DNA from: Candidatus Babeliales bacterium
GTDB lineage: Bacteria; Babelota; Babeliae; Babelales; JANWKD01
Reading direction: 5' to 3'
Length of the DNA: 64,000 nucleotides
Assembly: GCA_963722255.1 (NCBI GenBank)
Contig: CAVRJO010000001.1
Location: 608,001-672,000 of the forward strand
The translations under genes and the position numbers were made by a program. This document shows positions 48,046 to 58,245 of this stretch, piece after piece; the stretch's first letter is position 1, and every line of letters starts with the position of its first letter. The notes beneath the pieces were generated by a model. It saw only the letters and a program-made list of their open reading frames with translations. It had not been told where the DNA came from and did not search any database.

Positions 48046-50586
48046 TTATGTGCCAGCACCATGGCACTTCTTATATTTCTTTCCTGAACCACAAGGACAT
48101 AGATCATTTCTACCAACCTTCTCTTCTCGACGTTCAATAGGCTTATGTCCTTCTTGAGCTTCCATACTTGCTGAAATTAAATTCAACTCATCAAGCTCAC
48201 GTTGACGTTTACGTTCAAGCTCAAGCTGATCAAAGCGTTCAAGCTTTAAGTGGAAGATATGATGTACAATATCCCAACGAACTTGTTGCATCATCTCTTT
48301 AAACATATCAAAAGCTTCACGCTTATATTCAATAAGAGGATTCTTTTGTCCCCAGCTGCGTAAATTGATGCCCTCTTTTAAATGATCAAGGTTAAGCATA
48401 TGCTGCTTCCATGCATTATCAAGAATTTCAAGCATAAGCCATTTTTCAGCTTCTTGAATACGTTCAGCATCTTGGCTAGATCTCAATGTTTCATAACGCT
48501 TTAAAAGATACTCAGAAATCGAATTTTTTAATGCATCACTTGTCGCAGTGTTAAATTTCTGATCTTCAATTTCTTTAGGAGTTACTCCGATCATCGCACT
48601 CAACATGGTGCTAATCTTTTCAATTCCTTCTTGCGTCGGTCTTCCCGGTGCAAACTCATCGACCATATCATTGACTGACTGATTCATTAACTCGCGCACA
48701 AGATCGTAGATCTCTTCTTGCCCTTCAAGAATTGAACGACGATATTTATAGATAACAATTCGTTGCTGATTAAGCACATCATCATATTCTAAAAGATGGC
48801 GACGTGTTTCAAAATTGTGCTTTTCTACTTTTTCTTGTGAACGCTCAATTGTTTTTGAAATAAAGCCTGATTCAATTGATTCATCTTCAGTCATTCCAAC
48901 ATTTTTCATATTTTTATAAATTGATTCACCTGCAAAAATACGAATTAAATCATCTTCCAATGAAATATAAAAACGTGATTCACCGGGATCACCTTGTCGA
49001 CCGGAGCGTCCTCGTAACTGATTATCAATTCGACGACTTTCATGACGCTCAGTACCTAAAATGTATAAACCGCCTACATCGCGCGATTCAGGAGTTAATT
49101 TAATATCGGTACCACGACCTGCCATATTTGTTGCTATAGTAACTTGCCCCGGTTCTCCAGCATGAGCAACAATTTCAGCTTCACGTTGATGCTGTTTTGC
49201 ATTTAACACTTCATGCGGAACACCTTCAGCGCGCAAAACATCACTTAATAGTTCCGATGTTTCAATAGCAATTGTACCAATAAGTACCGGCTGCTTTTTT
49301 TGATAACGCTCTTTTATATCTTTTGCAATTGCTTGATATTTACCCTTTTTGGATAAAAAGATTAAATCAGGTTTATCACCACGTATCATCGGTTGATTGG
49401 TTGGAATCGAAACAACATCAAGTCCATATATTTTGTGAAACTCTTCAGCTTCGGTTAATGCCGTTCCGGTCATACCTGCCAATTTTTTATACAATCTAAA
49501 AAAGTTTTGCAAGGTAATAGAAGCAAGCGTTTGGCTTTCTCGCTCAACTTTAACACCCTCTTTAGCCTCTAGCGCCTGATGCAATCCATCACTGTAGCGA
49601 CGTCCGGGTAAAATACGGCCTGTAAATTCATCAACGATAAGAACTTCTCCATCTTTTACCACATAATCAACATCTATTTTAAAGAGCACATGTGCTCGCA
49701 ACGCCTGATTTACATGATGCAAAAGAGTTAAATGTTCAAGTGCATATAAATTTTCAATAGCAAATGCATGCTCAACCTTGTCAACGCCTGATTCGGTTAA
49801 TTGTACTGAGCGCTGCTTTTCATCAACTTCATAATCTTGCACTTTAACAAGACGTGGAATAACTCTATTTGCTTCAATATAAAGATTACTACTTTTATCA
49901 GCTGCACCGGAAATAATTAAGGGCGTTCGAGCTTCATCAATTAATATCGAGTCAACTTCATCAATAATTGCATAGTTCAAATCTCGTTGCACATAATCTT
50001 CGAGCCTAAATTTCATATTATCTCGTAGATAGTCAAACCCAAGCTCATTATTAGTTGCATAAACAATATCGGCGGCATAGACATTTTTACGCTCAGCATC
50101 ACTCATCTGATTTTGCAGAATGCCAACTTCAAGGCCTAAGCGATTAAAAATCGGCGCCATCCATGCTCCATCACGTCGTGCCAAATAATCATTTACCGTT
50201 ACTAAATGCGCACCCTTGCCTGATAATGCGTTAAGATATAAGGGCAGCGTTGCCGTCAATGTCTTTCCCTCACCAGTTTTCATTTCAGCGATTTTTCCTT
50301 GATGCAATACAATTCCACCAATCAACTGAACATCAAAATGGCGCTGGCCCAATTCTCGTTTACCAACTTCTCGCACTACAGCAAATGCTTCCGGTAATAG
50401 TTCATCAAGCGTCTTACCTTGTTTTATTTGCTCACGAAACTCATTGGTCTTTGCACTCAACTGTTCAATAGTTAATGCTGCTATTGCGGGCTCTAAACTA
50501 TTAATTTTCTCTACAATCGGCCGCAATTTTTTTAGTTGACGCACATTGGCTGTGCCAACTATTTTTGCTAAAATTTGCGCAATCAT
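48046..50586 (-). CDS. secA: Preprotein translocase subunit SecA
   Basis: MKTGEGKT, DEVDSILIDEARTPLIISG, ATNMAGRGTDI, C-terminal SEC-C motif CPCGSGKKYKKCH. Confidence 0.98.
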   Translation of the reverse strand: MIAQILAKIVGTANVRQLKKLRPIVEKINSLEPAIAALTIEQLSAKTNEFREQIKQGKTLDELLPEAFAVVREVGKRELGQRHFDVQLIGGIVLHQGKIAEMKTGEGKTLTATLPLYLNALSGKGAHLVTVNDYLARRDGAWMAPIFNRLGLEVGILQNQMSDAERKNVYAADIVYATNNELGFDYLRDNMKFRLEDYVQRDLNYAIIDEVDSILIDEARTPLIISGAADKSSNLYIEANRVIPRLVKVQDYEVDEKQRSVQLTESGVDKVEHAFAIENLYALEHLTLLHHVNQALRAHVLFKIDVDYVVKDGEVLIVDEFTGRILPGRRYSDGLHQALEAKEGVKVERESQTLASITLQNFFRLYKKLAGMTGTALTEAEEFHKIYGLDVVSIPTNQPMIRGDKPDLIFLSKKGKYQAIAKDIKERYQKKQPVLIGTIAIETSELLSDVLRAEGVPHEVLNAKQHQREAEIVAHAGEPGQVTIATNMAGRGTDIKLTPESRDVGGLYILGTERHESRRIDNQLRGRSGRQGDPGESRFYISLEDDLIRIFAGESIYKNMKNVGMTEDESIESGFISKTIERSQEKVEKHNFETRRHLLEYDDVLNQQRIVIYKYRRSILEGQEEIYDLVRELMNQSVNDMVDEFAPGRPTQEGIEKISTMLSAMIGVTPKEIEDQKFNTATSDALKNSISEYLLKRYETLRSSQDAERIQEAEKWLMLEILDNAWKQHMLNLDHLKEGINLRSWGQKNPLIEYKREAFDMFKEMMQQVRWDIVHHIFHLKLERFDQLELERKRQRELDELNLISASMEAQEGHKPIERREEKVGRNDLCPCGSGKKYKKCHGAGT

Positions 50587-50920
50587 GTTTCTGTCTCCAT
50601 AACTATAACTTTTTATATCTGTTAAAAAATTTTTACTTTGTAGCGATTTTTTTTACACAATTAACGAGTTATACTCTTAATCACTACAAATACTCACCAA
50701 GTCTACCATGATAATCAAAATATCTCAATTTGCCCAAAATTGAGTAGTTAAAAATAATACGTAATGTATCTTAGAAAATTGAACCACTGAAAGCAATGAT
50801 TCACAGATTAGTTTTTGCAGTAGAAATGAATTCAATATAAGAAAAACTTAAAAAACAGAATAACCTTCATTAAGATATGCATATTTTTTGCAATGATAAA
50901 AATAATACTAATCGAAAGAA

Positions 50921-51077
50921 TGTCATCCAGAGAATTTTCACGAAGTGAAATTCGTGGGATCCAGTAATTAAAATTGAAAGTCCTAATAAATCTTTCAAGA
51001 TTTTAAACATCAAAAAAATTAATTTTTTCATAGGTTTTTATTATTTAACTGGATCCCACGCTGCGCTCTGGATGACA
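50921..51077. repeat. ~160-bp MITE/REP-like palindromic element, copy B
   Basis: TGTCATCCAGAG...GGGATCCAG, same AT-rich core as copy A, CTGGATCCCACG...CTCTGGATGACA. Confidence 0.85.
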
Positions 51078-51181
51078 GTTTTGCCTTTATTGTTTTTTTT
51101 AAATTCAAATATGCGCGGTTTAGCGCGGCACGCTATAAAGTAAATTGAGAAAGCTTTTGATTATCACCTAAAAAATAGCTC

Positions 51182-51919
51182 TCAGTGGAGCACAACGACC
51201 GTCACATTTCTGAATGGGCTCATTGACTCTCTACGATATGAACAAAAACGATCATTACATATGGTACATTGATTATAGTCACGATTAATTGATTTTGGCA
51301 AAACTCCCAGCTGCAACAAAATCAATTCATTGTACAACGGCAAATCAAAAAAATAGTCATTATTTCGTTTTTGAATAAATCGATCAAAACCACTAGATCT
51401 TCGCAAAGGTTCAATAAATTCTTCATCGACACGATAACAACAAATGCAAGCGCTGGGGCCAAAAAAAGCAGCAATATCAGAAAAATTTGTGCCAAATGCA
51501 TTTTTCATCGTATCAAAAACTGTTGCTACTATACCCGCGACTGATCCACGCCATCCGGCATGCACTAGAGCAGTTACCTTATTGTTTTTATCATAAAAAA
51601 CAAGAGGCAAACAATCGGCAGTTACAATACCCAATGCACTATAAGCATTTTGTGTAATGAGATAGTCTCCATCAATCGTAAAAGATATAAATCCATTGTT
51701 TGAGTGATTATTCTGAATTATCATTCCTGCAGTTCCATGCACTTGATGCAAAAAAAAGAGCTCAGGAGCTTTTAGTGTTTGTTGAATTTGATTAAAGGGA
51801 AAATGGTGTCCCAATCGAGTGCTTGTATATGAACGATATAATGAAGGATCACACCGTTCTTGAGCATCGCCAAAAAAAATTGAAAAAGAGTTATGACGAT
51901 AAAGTTTCATAGGGAACAC
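51182..51919 (-). CDS. pgeF: YfiH/PgeF (laccase-domain) family protein
   Basis: QVHG, TADCLP, HAGWRG, CT...SYRR. Confidence 0.9.
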   Translation of the reverse strand: MFPMKLYRHNSFSIFFGDAQERCDPSLYRSYTSTRLGHHFPFNQIQQTLKAPELFFLHQVHGTAGMIIQNNHSNNGFISFTIDGDYLITQNAYSALGIVTADCLPLVFYDKNNKVTALVHAGWRGSVAGIVATVFDTMKNAFGTNFSDIAAFFGPSACICCYRVDEEFIEPLRRSSGFDRFIQKRNNDYFFDLPLYNELILLQLGVLPKSINRDYNQCTICNDRFCSYRRESMSPFRNVTVVVLH

Positions 51920-52096
51920 TCTTAACTATGCATTTGCAAACCCTGACAATACAAACAGTTGCATGCTAATATACGTACACAGAGTATACATGATTTACGA
52001 TATAAACAACAAAGATTGTTCCCCCATGATAATCAAAAACGCGTAGAGCCTTTTTTCTACCAAATAATCAATTGAATTGACCTTTTGCAGATTATT

Positions 52097-53770
52097 CTAA
52101 ATTTTAGTAGACGCTCCACGTTCACTAAGAAGCTCCGCTATATGATTATGCAGTCTCATTGTAGCCATTTTATAAGCGGTCTCTCCTTTATTATTTTCTG
52201 CATCGATTGGAGCACCATTATCTAATAATATTTTAATAGTCTCCAAATCTGCACCATGATAAGAAGCAAAATGAAGCGCGGTATTGTTATCAATGGAAAC
52301 TGCATTAACAAAAGCGCCTCGATTTATAAGTTGCTGAACAACAGCTGGTCCCATTTTGTATGAAAACATCAATGGTGTCACGCCTTCTTTATTTTTTACA
52401 TTTACATCAACGGAAGTCTTATATTCAGTACCAAAAGGAAAACCTGATAAGAGTTTTTGCACACAACTTTCACGTCTTTCTAAAAGAAGATGCATCAATA
52501 AATTTACTTCAATTTTATACGGATTATAAAGTGTATCAATCGTATTTCCATTAGGAATAAGAGCCTTAAATAACTCCTCTTTATCTTTATCCAGCGCCTC
52601 CATCATTACATTAAGCCGAATTTTATTATCTAATTGATTGGCAAAACCATTGCATAAAACCGTTCCAACCATTTTTGGATTACCTGTTGCTAATAATGAA
52701 TGAATGGGTGACACAAAGCGGCCCTTTTCAATAAAAAAATAATAACGACTTGCTTTTTTTTCCCTTAATGCTCGCACCAATGATCTACTACCTGTAAGAA
52801 TTGCGTAACAAATTGGCGTCATATGATGCTTATCGTCTTGGTTACAATATTCTGGAGATCCTTTGCGTATAAGAGCATGCGCCGCTTTTGTATAATTTCT
52901 TTGAATCAAAGTGTGTAGAGGTGTTTCTCCTGCAACTGTCTGAGCATCAATATTTGCCTTCAATGCTAAAAGCTTTTTTACATCGCTTTCTGTTTTAGCA
53001 CAATGTAAATGAGTCATACCTGCTTGATTTATAGGTCTATTTACATATAGTTGAAGGGCTATTTTAGTTTTTTCATCAAGACTATGTAAGTAGTTCATAC
53101 TGTCATCAATTTCAGCAAGATTCATGTAGAATTGAAATGTTTTTTCAATAAGTTCATTTGAAGCTGATGGATTCCGACTACTAAATAATCGTGAAAAATG
53201 TGATGCAGTAGACTTCAGTACCCCTTGTTGTGCGCCAAGCTTAATGAGAAGATCTTTAATCTCATTTCTAATTTTTTCATCTTTTATAGTTCCAACAAGA
53301 TCTAAAGCACAAACACCATAATTATTTCTATGATTTACCTTACAAGGTACATTCTTTAACAATCCTAAAACGTTTTTAAGCTGATTCCGTTTTAAATACC
53401 ATAACGTTACTGTATCACCAAATGCATTACAGCAATTTATATTTGCACCAATTGCAAGCAATCGTGCAATTTTTGGCTCTGAAGTAGAACGGTGAAGCAA
53501 TGTTGACCCACATTTATCAACCGGCCTATTAATATGATGAACAATAACTTTATCCAATTCTTCAGGTAAACAATTAAGATCCTTTTGTATTTCAACGGGT
53601 TCCATTTTTAAAAATTTTTTAACAGTAGCTTTTGCACTAAATTCTACCAATGAAGCAGGAGTATAAATTTTTGTCTCATCCTTAGACAGCTCCATACCAA
53701 AAGCAGAAGAATAGATAAAAACCCCTATTAAAAAATTGACAAATATAGATTTTTTGTACTTTTTTATCAT
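52097..53770 (-). CDS. Ankyrin-repeat protein with signal peptide
   Basis: GETPLH, GVTPLM, NTALHFA...LLDNGAPIDAENNKGETA. Confidence 0.9.
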   Translation of the reverse strand: MIKKYKKSIFVNFLIGVFIYSSAFGMELSKDETKIYTPASLVEFSAKATVKKFLKMEPVEIQKDLNCLPEELDKVIVHHINRPVDKCGSTLLHRSTSEPKIARLLAIGANINCCNAFGDTVTLWYLKRNQLKNVLGLLKNVPCKVNHRNNYGVCALDLVGTIKDEKIRNEIKDLLIKLGAQQGVLKSTASHFSRLFSSRNPSASNELIEKTFQFYMNLAEIDDSMNYLHSLDEKTKIALQLYVNRPINQAGMTHLHCAKTESDVKKLLALKANIDAQTVAGETPLHTLIQRNYTKAAHALIRKGSPEYCNQDDKHHMTPICYAILTGSRSLVRALREKKASRYYFFIEKGRFVSPIHSLLATGNPKMVGTVLCNGFANQLDNKIRLNVMMEALDKDKEELFKALIPNGNTIDTLYNPYKIEVNLLMHLLLERRESCVQKLLSGFPFGTEYKTSVDVNVKNKEGVTPLMFSYKMGPAVVQQLINRGAFVNAVSIDNNTALHFASYHGADLETIKILLDNGAPIDAENNKGETAYKMATMRLHNHIAELLSERGASTKI

Positions 53771-53833
53771 AAGACCCACATTTATTTTAAATTTAAAAAT
53801 TTAATATTACCCCTAGTAGTATACACAAACAAT

Positions 53834-53870
53834 AAAAAAAGAACCACCCAAGTTCTACTTTGAGTGGTTC
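53834..53870 (-). terminator. Terminator downstream of ftsZ
   Basis: GAACCAC...GTGGTTC stem with T-tract on the minus strand. Confidence 0.65.
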
Positions 53871-53914
53871 ACATTTTAAACAGATTGACAATAGGAAACT
53901 AATGAAAGAAAAAC

Positions 53915-55117
53915 CTATTCCTCAATAGCCGGTCCCTCTATTTGTCTCATAAATGTAGGTATATCAAGATCATTGCTTGCATTATTAATTTCTGACTTTA
54001 GAGCATATTCTGAAGGCTCACTAGTTTCAATTTTAGCCTTCTGTTGCATAGGTTCTGAAGGCACAACACGAGGAGTAATAGCTTCACGCTCTTTTTTTAT
54101 CTCTTCAACAGCCGGCTGAAATGCAACAGTAGAAGCTTTTTTTTCAACTTCTTGCTCTAAAAACCCGGTTGCAATAACCGTAACAATTATTTCATCTTGG
54201 AGCGATTCATCAACAACAGAACCAACAATAATATTTGCGTGCTCAGCAGCTTCTTGAGTAATAATTTCAGCAGCATCACTTATTTCATACAATGCTAAAT
54301 CATTGCCTCCTGAAATATTGAGAAGAACACTTTGTGCTCCTTTTATGCTCATATTTTCAAGCAAAGGTGATGAGATTGCCTGATGCGCAGCAACTAAGGC
54401 ACGATCAACTCCACGAGCCTTTCCTGTACCCATTACTGCAAGGCCCATATCTTTCATAATGGTGCGAACGTCAGCAAAATCAACATTAATATGACCGGGC
54501 TTTGTAATAATATCAGAAATACCTTTAACGCATTGATTTAGAATGCCATTAATGAGAGCAAATGCATCAATCATCGATACATGCTTGTCAACCACATTTA
54601 ATAATTTTTGATTTGGAATAATGAGCAACGTATCAACTTCTTTTTTAAGAAGCTCAATTGCTTCCTGTGCTACCATAGCGCGTTTTTTTCCTTCAAAGTC
54701 AAACGGCTTAGTAACCACAGCTATAGAAAGAATATTTTTTTCTTTAAGAGCATGAGCAATGACCGGCAAAGCTCCTGAACCAGTACCACCACCTAATCCA
54801 CCGGTCAAGAAAACAATATTTGCATCTTCAAGATGCTCCATAAGGGTTCCCATATCCTCTTCTGCAGCCCGTTTACCTAAATCTGGGTTCGCTCCTGTGC
54901 CTAGCCCTTTTGTTGACTTAACACCTAGTTGAATCTTAATAGGCGCTTTTGATAAAGCAAGTGCTTGTGCATCAGTGTTTGCAACAATAAATTCAATTCC
55001 CTCAAATCGTGCATCAATCATACTATTGAGCGTATTGCCGCCGCCACCACCAATACCAATAACCTTAATACGAGTAAGCGAAGACCCATGATCTTTAATA
55101 GGTTCAAACTCCAACAT
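53915..55117 (-). CDS. ftsZ: Cell division protein FtsZ
   Basis: GIGGGGGN, GGGTGSG tubulin signature, NVDFAD, C-terminal LDIPTFMR. Confidence 0.98.
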   Translation of the reverse strand: MLEFEPIKDHGSSLTRIKVIGIGGGGGNTLNSMIDARFEGIEFIVANTDAQALALSKAPIKIQLGVKSTKGLGTGANPDLGKRAAEEDMGTLMEHLEDANIVFLTGGLGGGTGSGALPVIAHALKEKNILSIAVVTKPFDFEGKKRAMVAQEAIELLKKEVDTLLIIPNQKLLNVVDKHVSMIDAFALINGILNQCVKGISDIITKPGHINVDFADVRTIMKDMGLAVMGTGKARGVDRALVAAHQAISSPLLENMSIKGAQSVLLNISGGNDLALYEISDAAEIITQEAAEHANIIVGSVVDESLQDEIIVTVIATGFLEQEVEKKASTVAFQPAVEEIKKEREAITPRVVPSEPMQQKAKIETSEPSEYALKSEINNASNDLDIPTFMRQIEGPAIEE

Positions 55118-55233
55118 ATTCTTCTCCTTTTTTTACATGTAATAACACATTTATAGTAGGAGTATCATGTTTTTTTAACTAATAATGCAAGAGTATCGCC
55201 CTTTATAAATTCATACGAAGAGTTTTTTAAAAC

Positions 55234-55269
55234 AAAAAAAAACAAGGATTGTTACATCCTTGTTTTTTT
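55234..55269. terminator. Terminator between the inserted ORF and ftsZ
   Basis: AAAAAAACAAGGAT...ATCCTTGTTTTTTT. Confidence 0.7.
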
Positions 55270-55291
55270 GTACTTGTGAAAATTAGAAAGC

Positions 55292-55765
55292 TTATTTTCT
55301 AACGTTTACAATTCTACCCGGTATTCCAGATATTTTGAATTCAGGTATCACGTTTGGATTTTTTTCGAAAGCTTCAAGCTCACCGTCATGTGCATCCATA
55401 ATGCTAACTTTTGCTTTGTAAATATCGTTCCAAAACTTTCTGTGTTCAGCTTTGTGCTTTTTATGTAATGCAATAGCTTCATCTAATTGATACTTAGTAA
55501 TTTTGCCATTACCAATCTCTTTGATAAGATTCGCTTTAAAATCAGCGCATTCATCATGATGACGTTTTTCCAAATTAATAAGTCCGGTTTCTTTGTTCAA
55601 TTTAAAATTAAACCAATCATCACAGTGTCTTTTTTCTAAAATAACAAAATTGCTAAATTCTTGTGCAATAATATCAGAACCAATTCTACGCCCTTCAATA
55701 GGTTCTGCTCCAAAAGCATTTGCTACTGATAAAAGCGCAACAATCATATATAATAAATTCTTCAT
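55292..55765 (-). CDS. Hypothetical secreted helical His-rich protein
   Basis: RBS AAGGAGG, signal peptide ANAFG, repeated LEKRH. Confidence 0.75.
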   Translation of the reverse strand: MKNLLYMIVALLSVANAFGAEPIEGRRIGSDIIAQEFSNFVILEKRHCDDWFNFKLNKETGLINLEKRHHDECADFKANLIKEIGNGKITKYQLDEAIALHKKHKAEHRKFWNDIYKAKVSIMDAHDGELEAFEKNPNVIPEFKISGIPGRIVNVRK

Positions 55766-56042
55766 AAAACCTCCTTTAAGATTAAACTAACAATAAACAA
55801 TTTTATTCCAAGCGCATTTTTTATATTCAAATTTGTTTTTTTTATTAAAAAACAACCAAAAAGTACGTCCTGGACGATATTTTGCTTTTTTTGATGAGGA
55901 AAAATCATTTTTTTAGATTAACCCCCCTTAAAATAGCTATGATAGAGCTCTATATATTCAATGATAGCATCTTTGCACAGGGTAAATCAATGGTTTTTAA
56001 TTTCTATTTTTAACTTTTTTTAAACTTTTATAAGAAAAAAAT

Positions 56043-57272
56043 TTAAAAAAAATCGGTCATCCATGATTTCATACGCCCCATAATGCGCATAACCAAAGGA
56101 CCTGCCAATCGTGTAATAGTAGAATCACGCTTCTTAAGGGCATGTAAAATAAGACCATATCCTGTTGCATAGATTGGATTGTGTAAAATCGGTACACAAT
56201 GCGGCAAAAGATTTGGATTTCCAATTCGAACTGGCATATGAAATATAGACCCTGCAAGCTTTTCCATACCATTAAGCAAGGAACCACCACCGGTAATTAC
56301 CAAACCGGCTGCCATTGATTTTTGCATTGAATGGGTCTCGATATCTTTATTAATAAGAGTAAAAAGCTCATGAGCTCGTGCAAATAAAATTGCAATAATA
56401 TCTTTTTGTGCAACTAATTGTTTATTTATACCATTAATACAAACTATTTCATGATGATCAGCAAAACCGGATAAAGCATCAACAGCTCCAAACTCTTTTT
56501 TAATTCTTTCTGCTTCATTAAGCGTTGTATGTAATCCTATTGCTAAATCATGAGTAAAATGATTCCCTGCTACCGGCAACACCATCGTATGTCGAATAGC
56601 ATTATTATAAAAAATAGCCACATCAGAGGTGCCTCCACCAATATCAATCATCATGACGCCCAATTTTTTCTCATCATACGTCAAGACGGCGTCTGCTGAA
56701 GCTAACTGCTCAAGAACAATATCAGTAACTTTTATGCCAGCCAATTCACAACATTTGATTAAATTATGCACTGATGCAACTGAACCGGTTATAATATGTA
56801 CCTGGGCTTCTAAGCGAACTCCATACATTCCAATGGGATCGGTAATCTTTTCTTGATTATCAATAATAAAATATTGTGGCAAAACATGTAAGACTTGATG
56901 CCCTTCAGGAACTGCAACAGCTCGAGCTGCTGCCACAACTTGTGCAATATCCGATGAACGGATTTCTCCACGTTTCACCGGCACCATCCCTTGAGAAGAC
57001 ATTGATTTAATATGACCACCGGAAATACCAATACATGCTTCTTCAATTTTACATTGAGCCATAAGCTCAGCTTCACGTACTGCAGATTTAATCGATGCAA
57101 CAGTTCGATTAATGTCTACAACTACGCCCTTTGCCAATCCATCAGAGGGTGCTTTACCAATGCCAATAATTTCAAAAGAAGTCCCATTTCCTACTGCAAC
57201 AAGAACACAAATTTTTGTTGTTCCAATATCTATTGCTACTGTTATATGATCTGAAAAAACTGTTTTTTTCAT
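56043..57272 (-). CDS. ftsA: Cell division protein FtsA
   Basis: IDIGTTKI, IDIGGGTSD, AERIKKEFG, VITGGGS. Confidence 0.96.
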   Translation of the reverse strand: MKKTVFSDHITVAIDIGTTKICVLVAVGNGTSFEIIGIGKAPSDGLAKGVVVDINRTVASIKSAVREAELMAQCKIEEACIGISGGHIKSMSSQGMVPVKRGEIRSSDIAQVVAAARAVAVPEGHQVLHVLPQYFIIDNQEKITDPIGMYGVRLEAQVHIITGSVASVHNLIKCCELAGIKVTDIVLEQLASADAVLTYDEKKLGVMMIDIGGGTSDVAIFYNNAIRHTMVLPVAGNHFTHDLAIGLHTTLNEAERIKKEFGAVDALSGFADHHEIVCINGINKQLVAQKDIIAILFARAHELFTLINKDIETHSMQKSMAAGLVITGGGSLLNGMEKLAGSIFHMPVRIGNPNLLPHCVPILHNPIYATGYGLILHALKKRDSTITRLAGPLVMRIMGRMKSWMTDFF

Positions 57273-57991
57273 AGACCCTCCACACCTTTTTGAGCTACTA
57301 CAATCTGATTTTTAAATCGTACATCAATGAGCCAAGATTTTTTTGCATACGATCGTTGACGCGCTATATCACTTTTAACTCTTTCATATTTGGTAAGCAG
57401 CGTATCATCTAAAATAGATTGAGCGTCTGCCCTTACAATGATATTTGGCAACTGCTTATCCTTTAAATAGATACAAGTATGATCAATCCAGCGTATAAAA
57501 AATTGGTCAAAGAGATGATATGATAATTTTTTAAGACAATTTTTGCATTCGTAAGAAAGTTCCACTGTACCCTCTTGGCACATAGTTATTATTGGTAAAT
57601 CACAAAGAGCAAAGGGAGCAAAGGTATCACTATTTTGGATCGAATTATCATTCATAAATAGATACTGATCATTGATAAGCATTAAAGGGCGCACTGCTTT
57701 AAAAGAACAGTGCAAAGATCCGGAAGGAGCATACGTACTCTCAAGGTGCTCAATAATAGGAAATTGCCGCTTAACTTTGACCAATGATAATGCTTGAAAA
57801 GATTTATTGACACTAGATTCTTCAATAAAGTTGACAATCGATTGCGCTATCCCGGGTGCCAACCTGGAATCGCCAACAATCGTGCATTTTTTTATTATAA
57901 AAAGATATGATGGGACTACAAACCATAGAAGCCCTCCTAATAGCAAACAAATAATAGCAACACCCATTTGACTATAGGTACCAACCTTCAT
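57269..57991 (-). CDS. Divergent FtsQ/DivIB-like protein
   Basis: Single N-terminal TM, C-terminal IDVRFKNQIVV, overlaps the ftsA start. Confidence 0.6.
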   Translation of the reverse strand: MKVGTYSQMGVAIICLLLGGLLWFVVPSYLFIIKKCTIVGDSRLAPGIAQSIVNFIEESSVNKSFQALSLVKVKRQFPIIEHLESTYAPSGSLHCSFKAVRPLMLINDQYLFMNDNSIQNSDTFAPFALCDLPIITMCQEGTVELSYECKNCLKKLSYHLFDQFFIRWIDHTCIYLKDKQLPNIIVRADAQSILDDTLLTKYERVKSDIARQRSYAKKSWLIDVRFKNQIVVAQKGVEGL

Positions 57992-58245
57992 ATATCCCCC
58001 TACTTGTCCCTTTAAGATTATGCCTAACAATTTCAGACAATAATCTTTTACTATTTTAATACCTTTTTGCGGTTGCATTAGTCAATAATTTTGTTAAAAA
58101 ATAGATAAAAGCGTTGAAGCACTCGAGCAGATCGTATTCCTTCATCTATTTATTTATTTCTAATAGAAATTATTATTGACAATTTCTTTATTTAGTATAA
58201 ACTATAAATATCTAATAAATATGACTAGTAACCAAGGAGCTTTAC

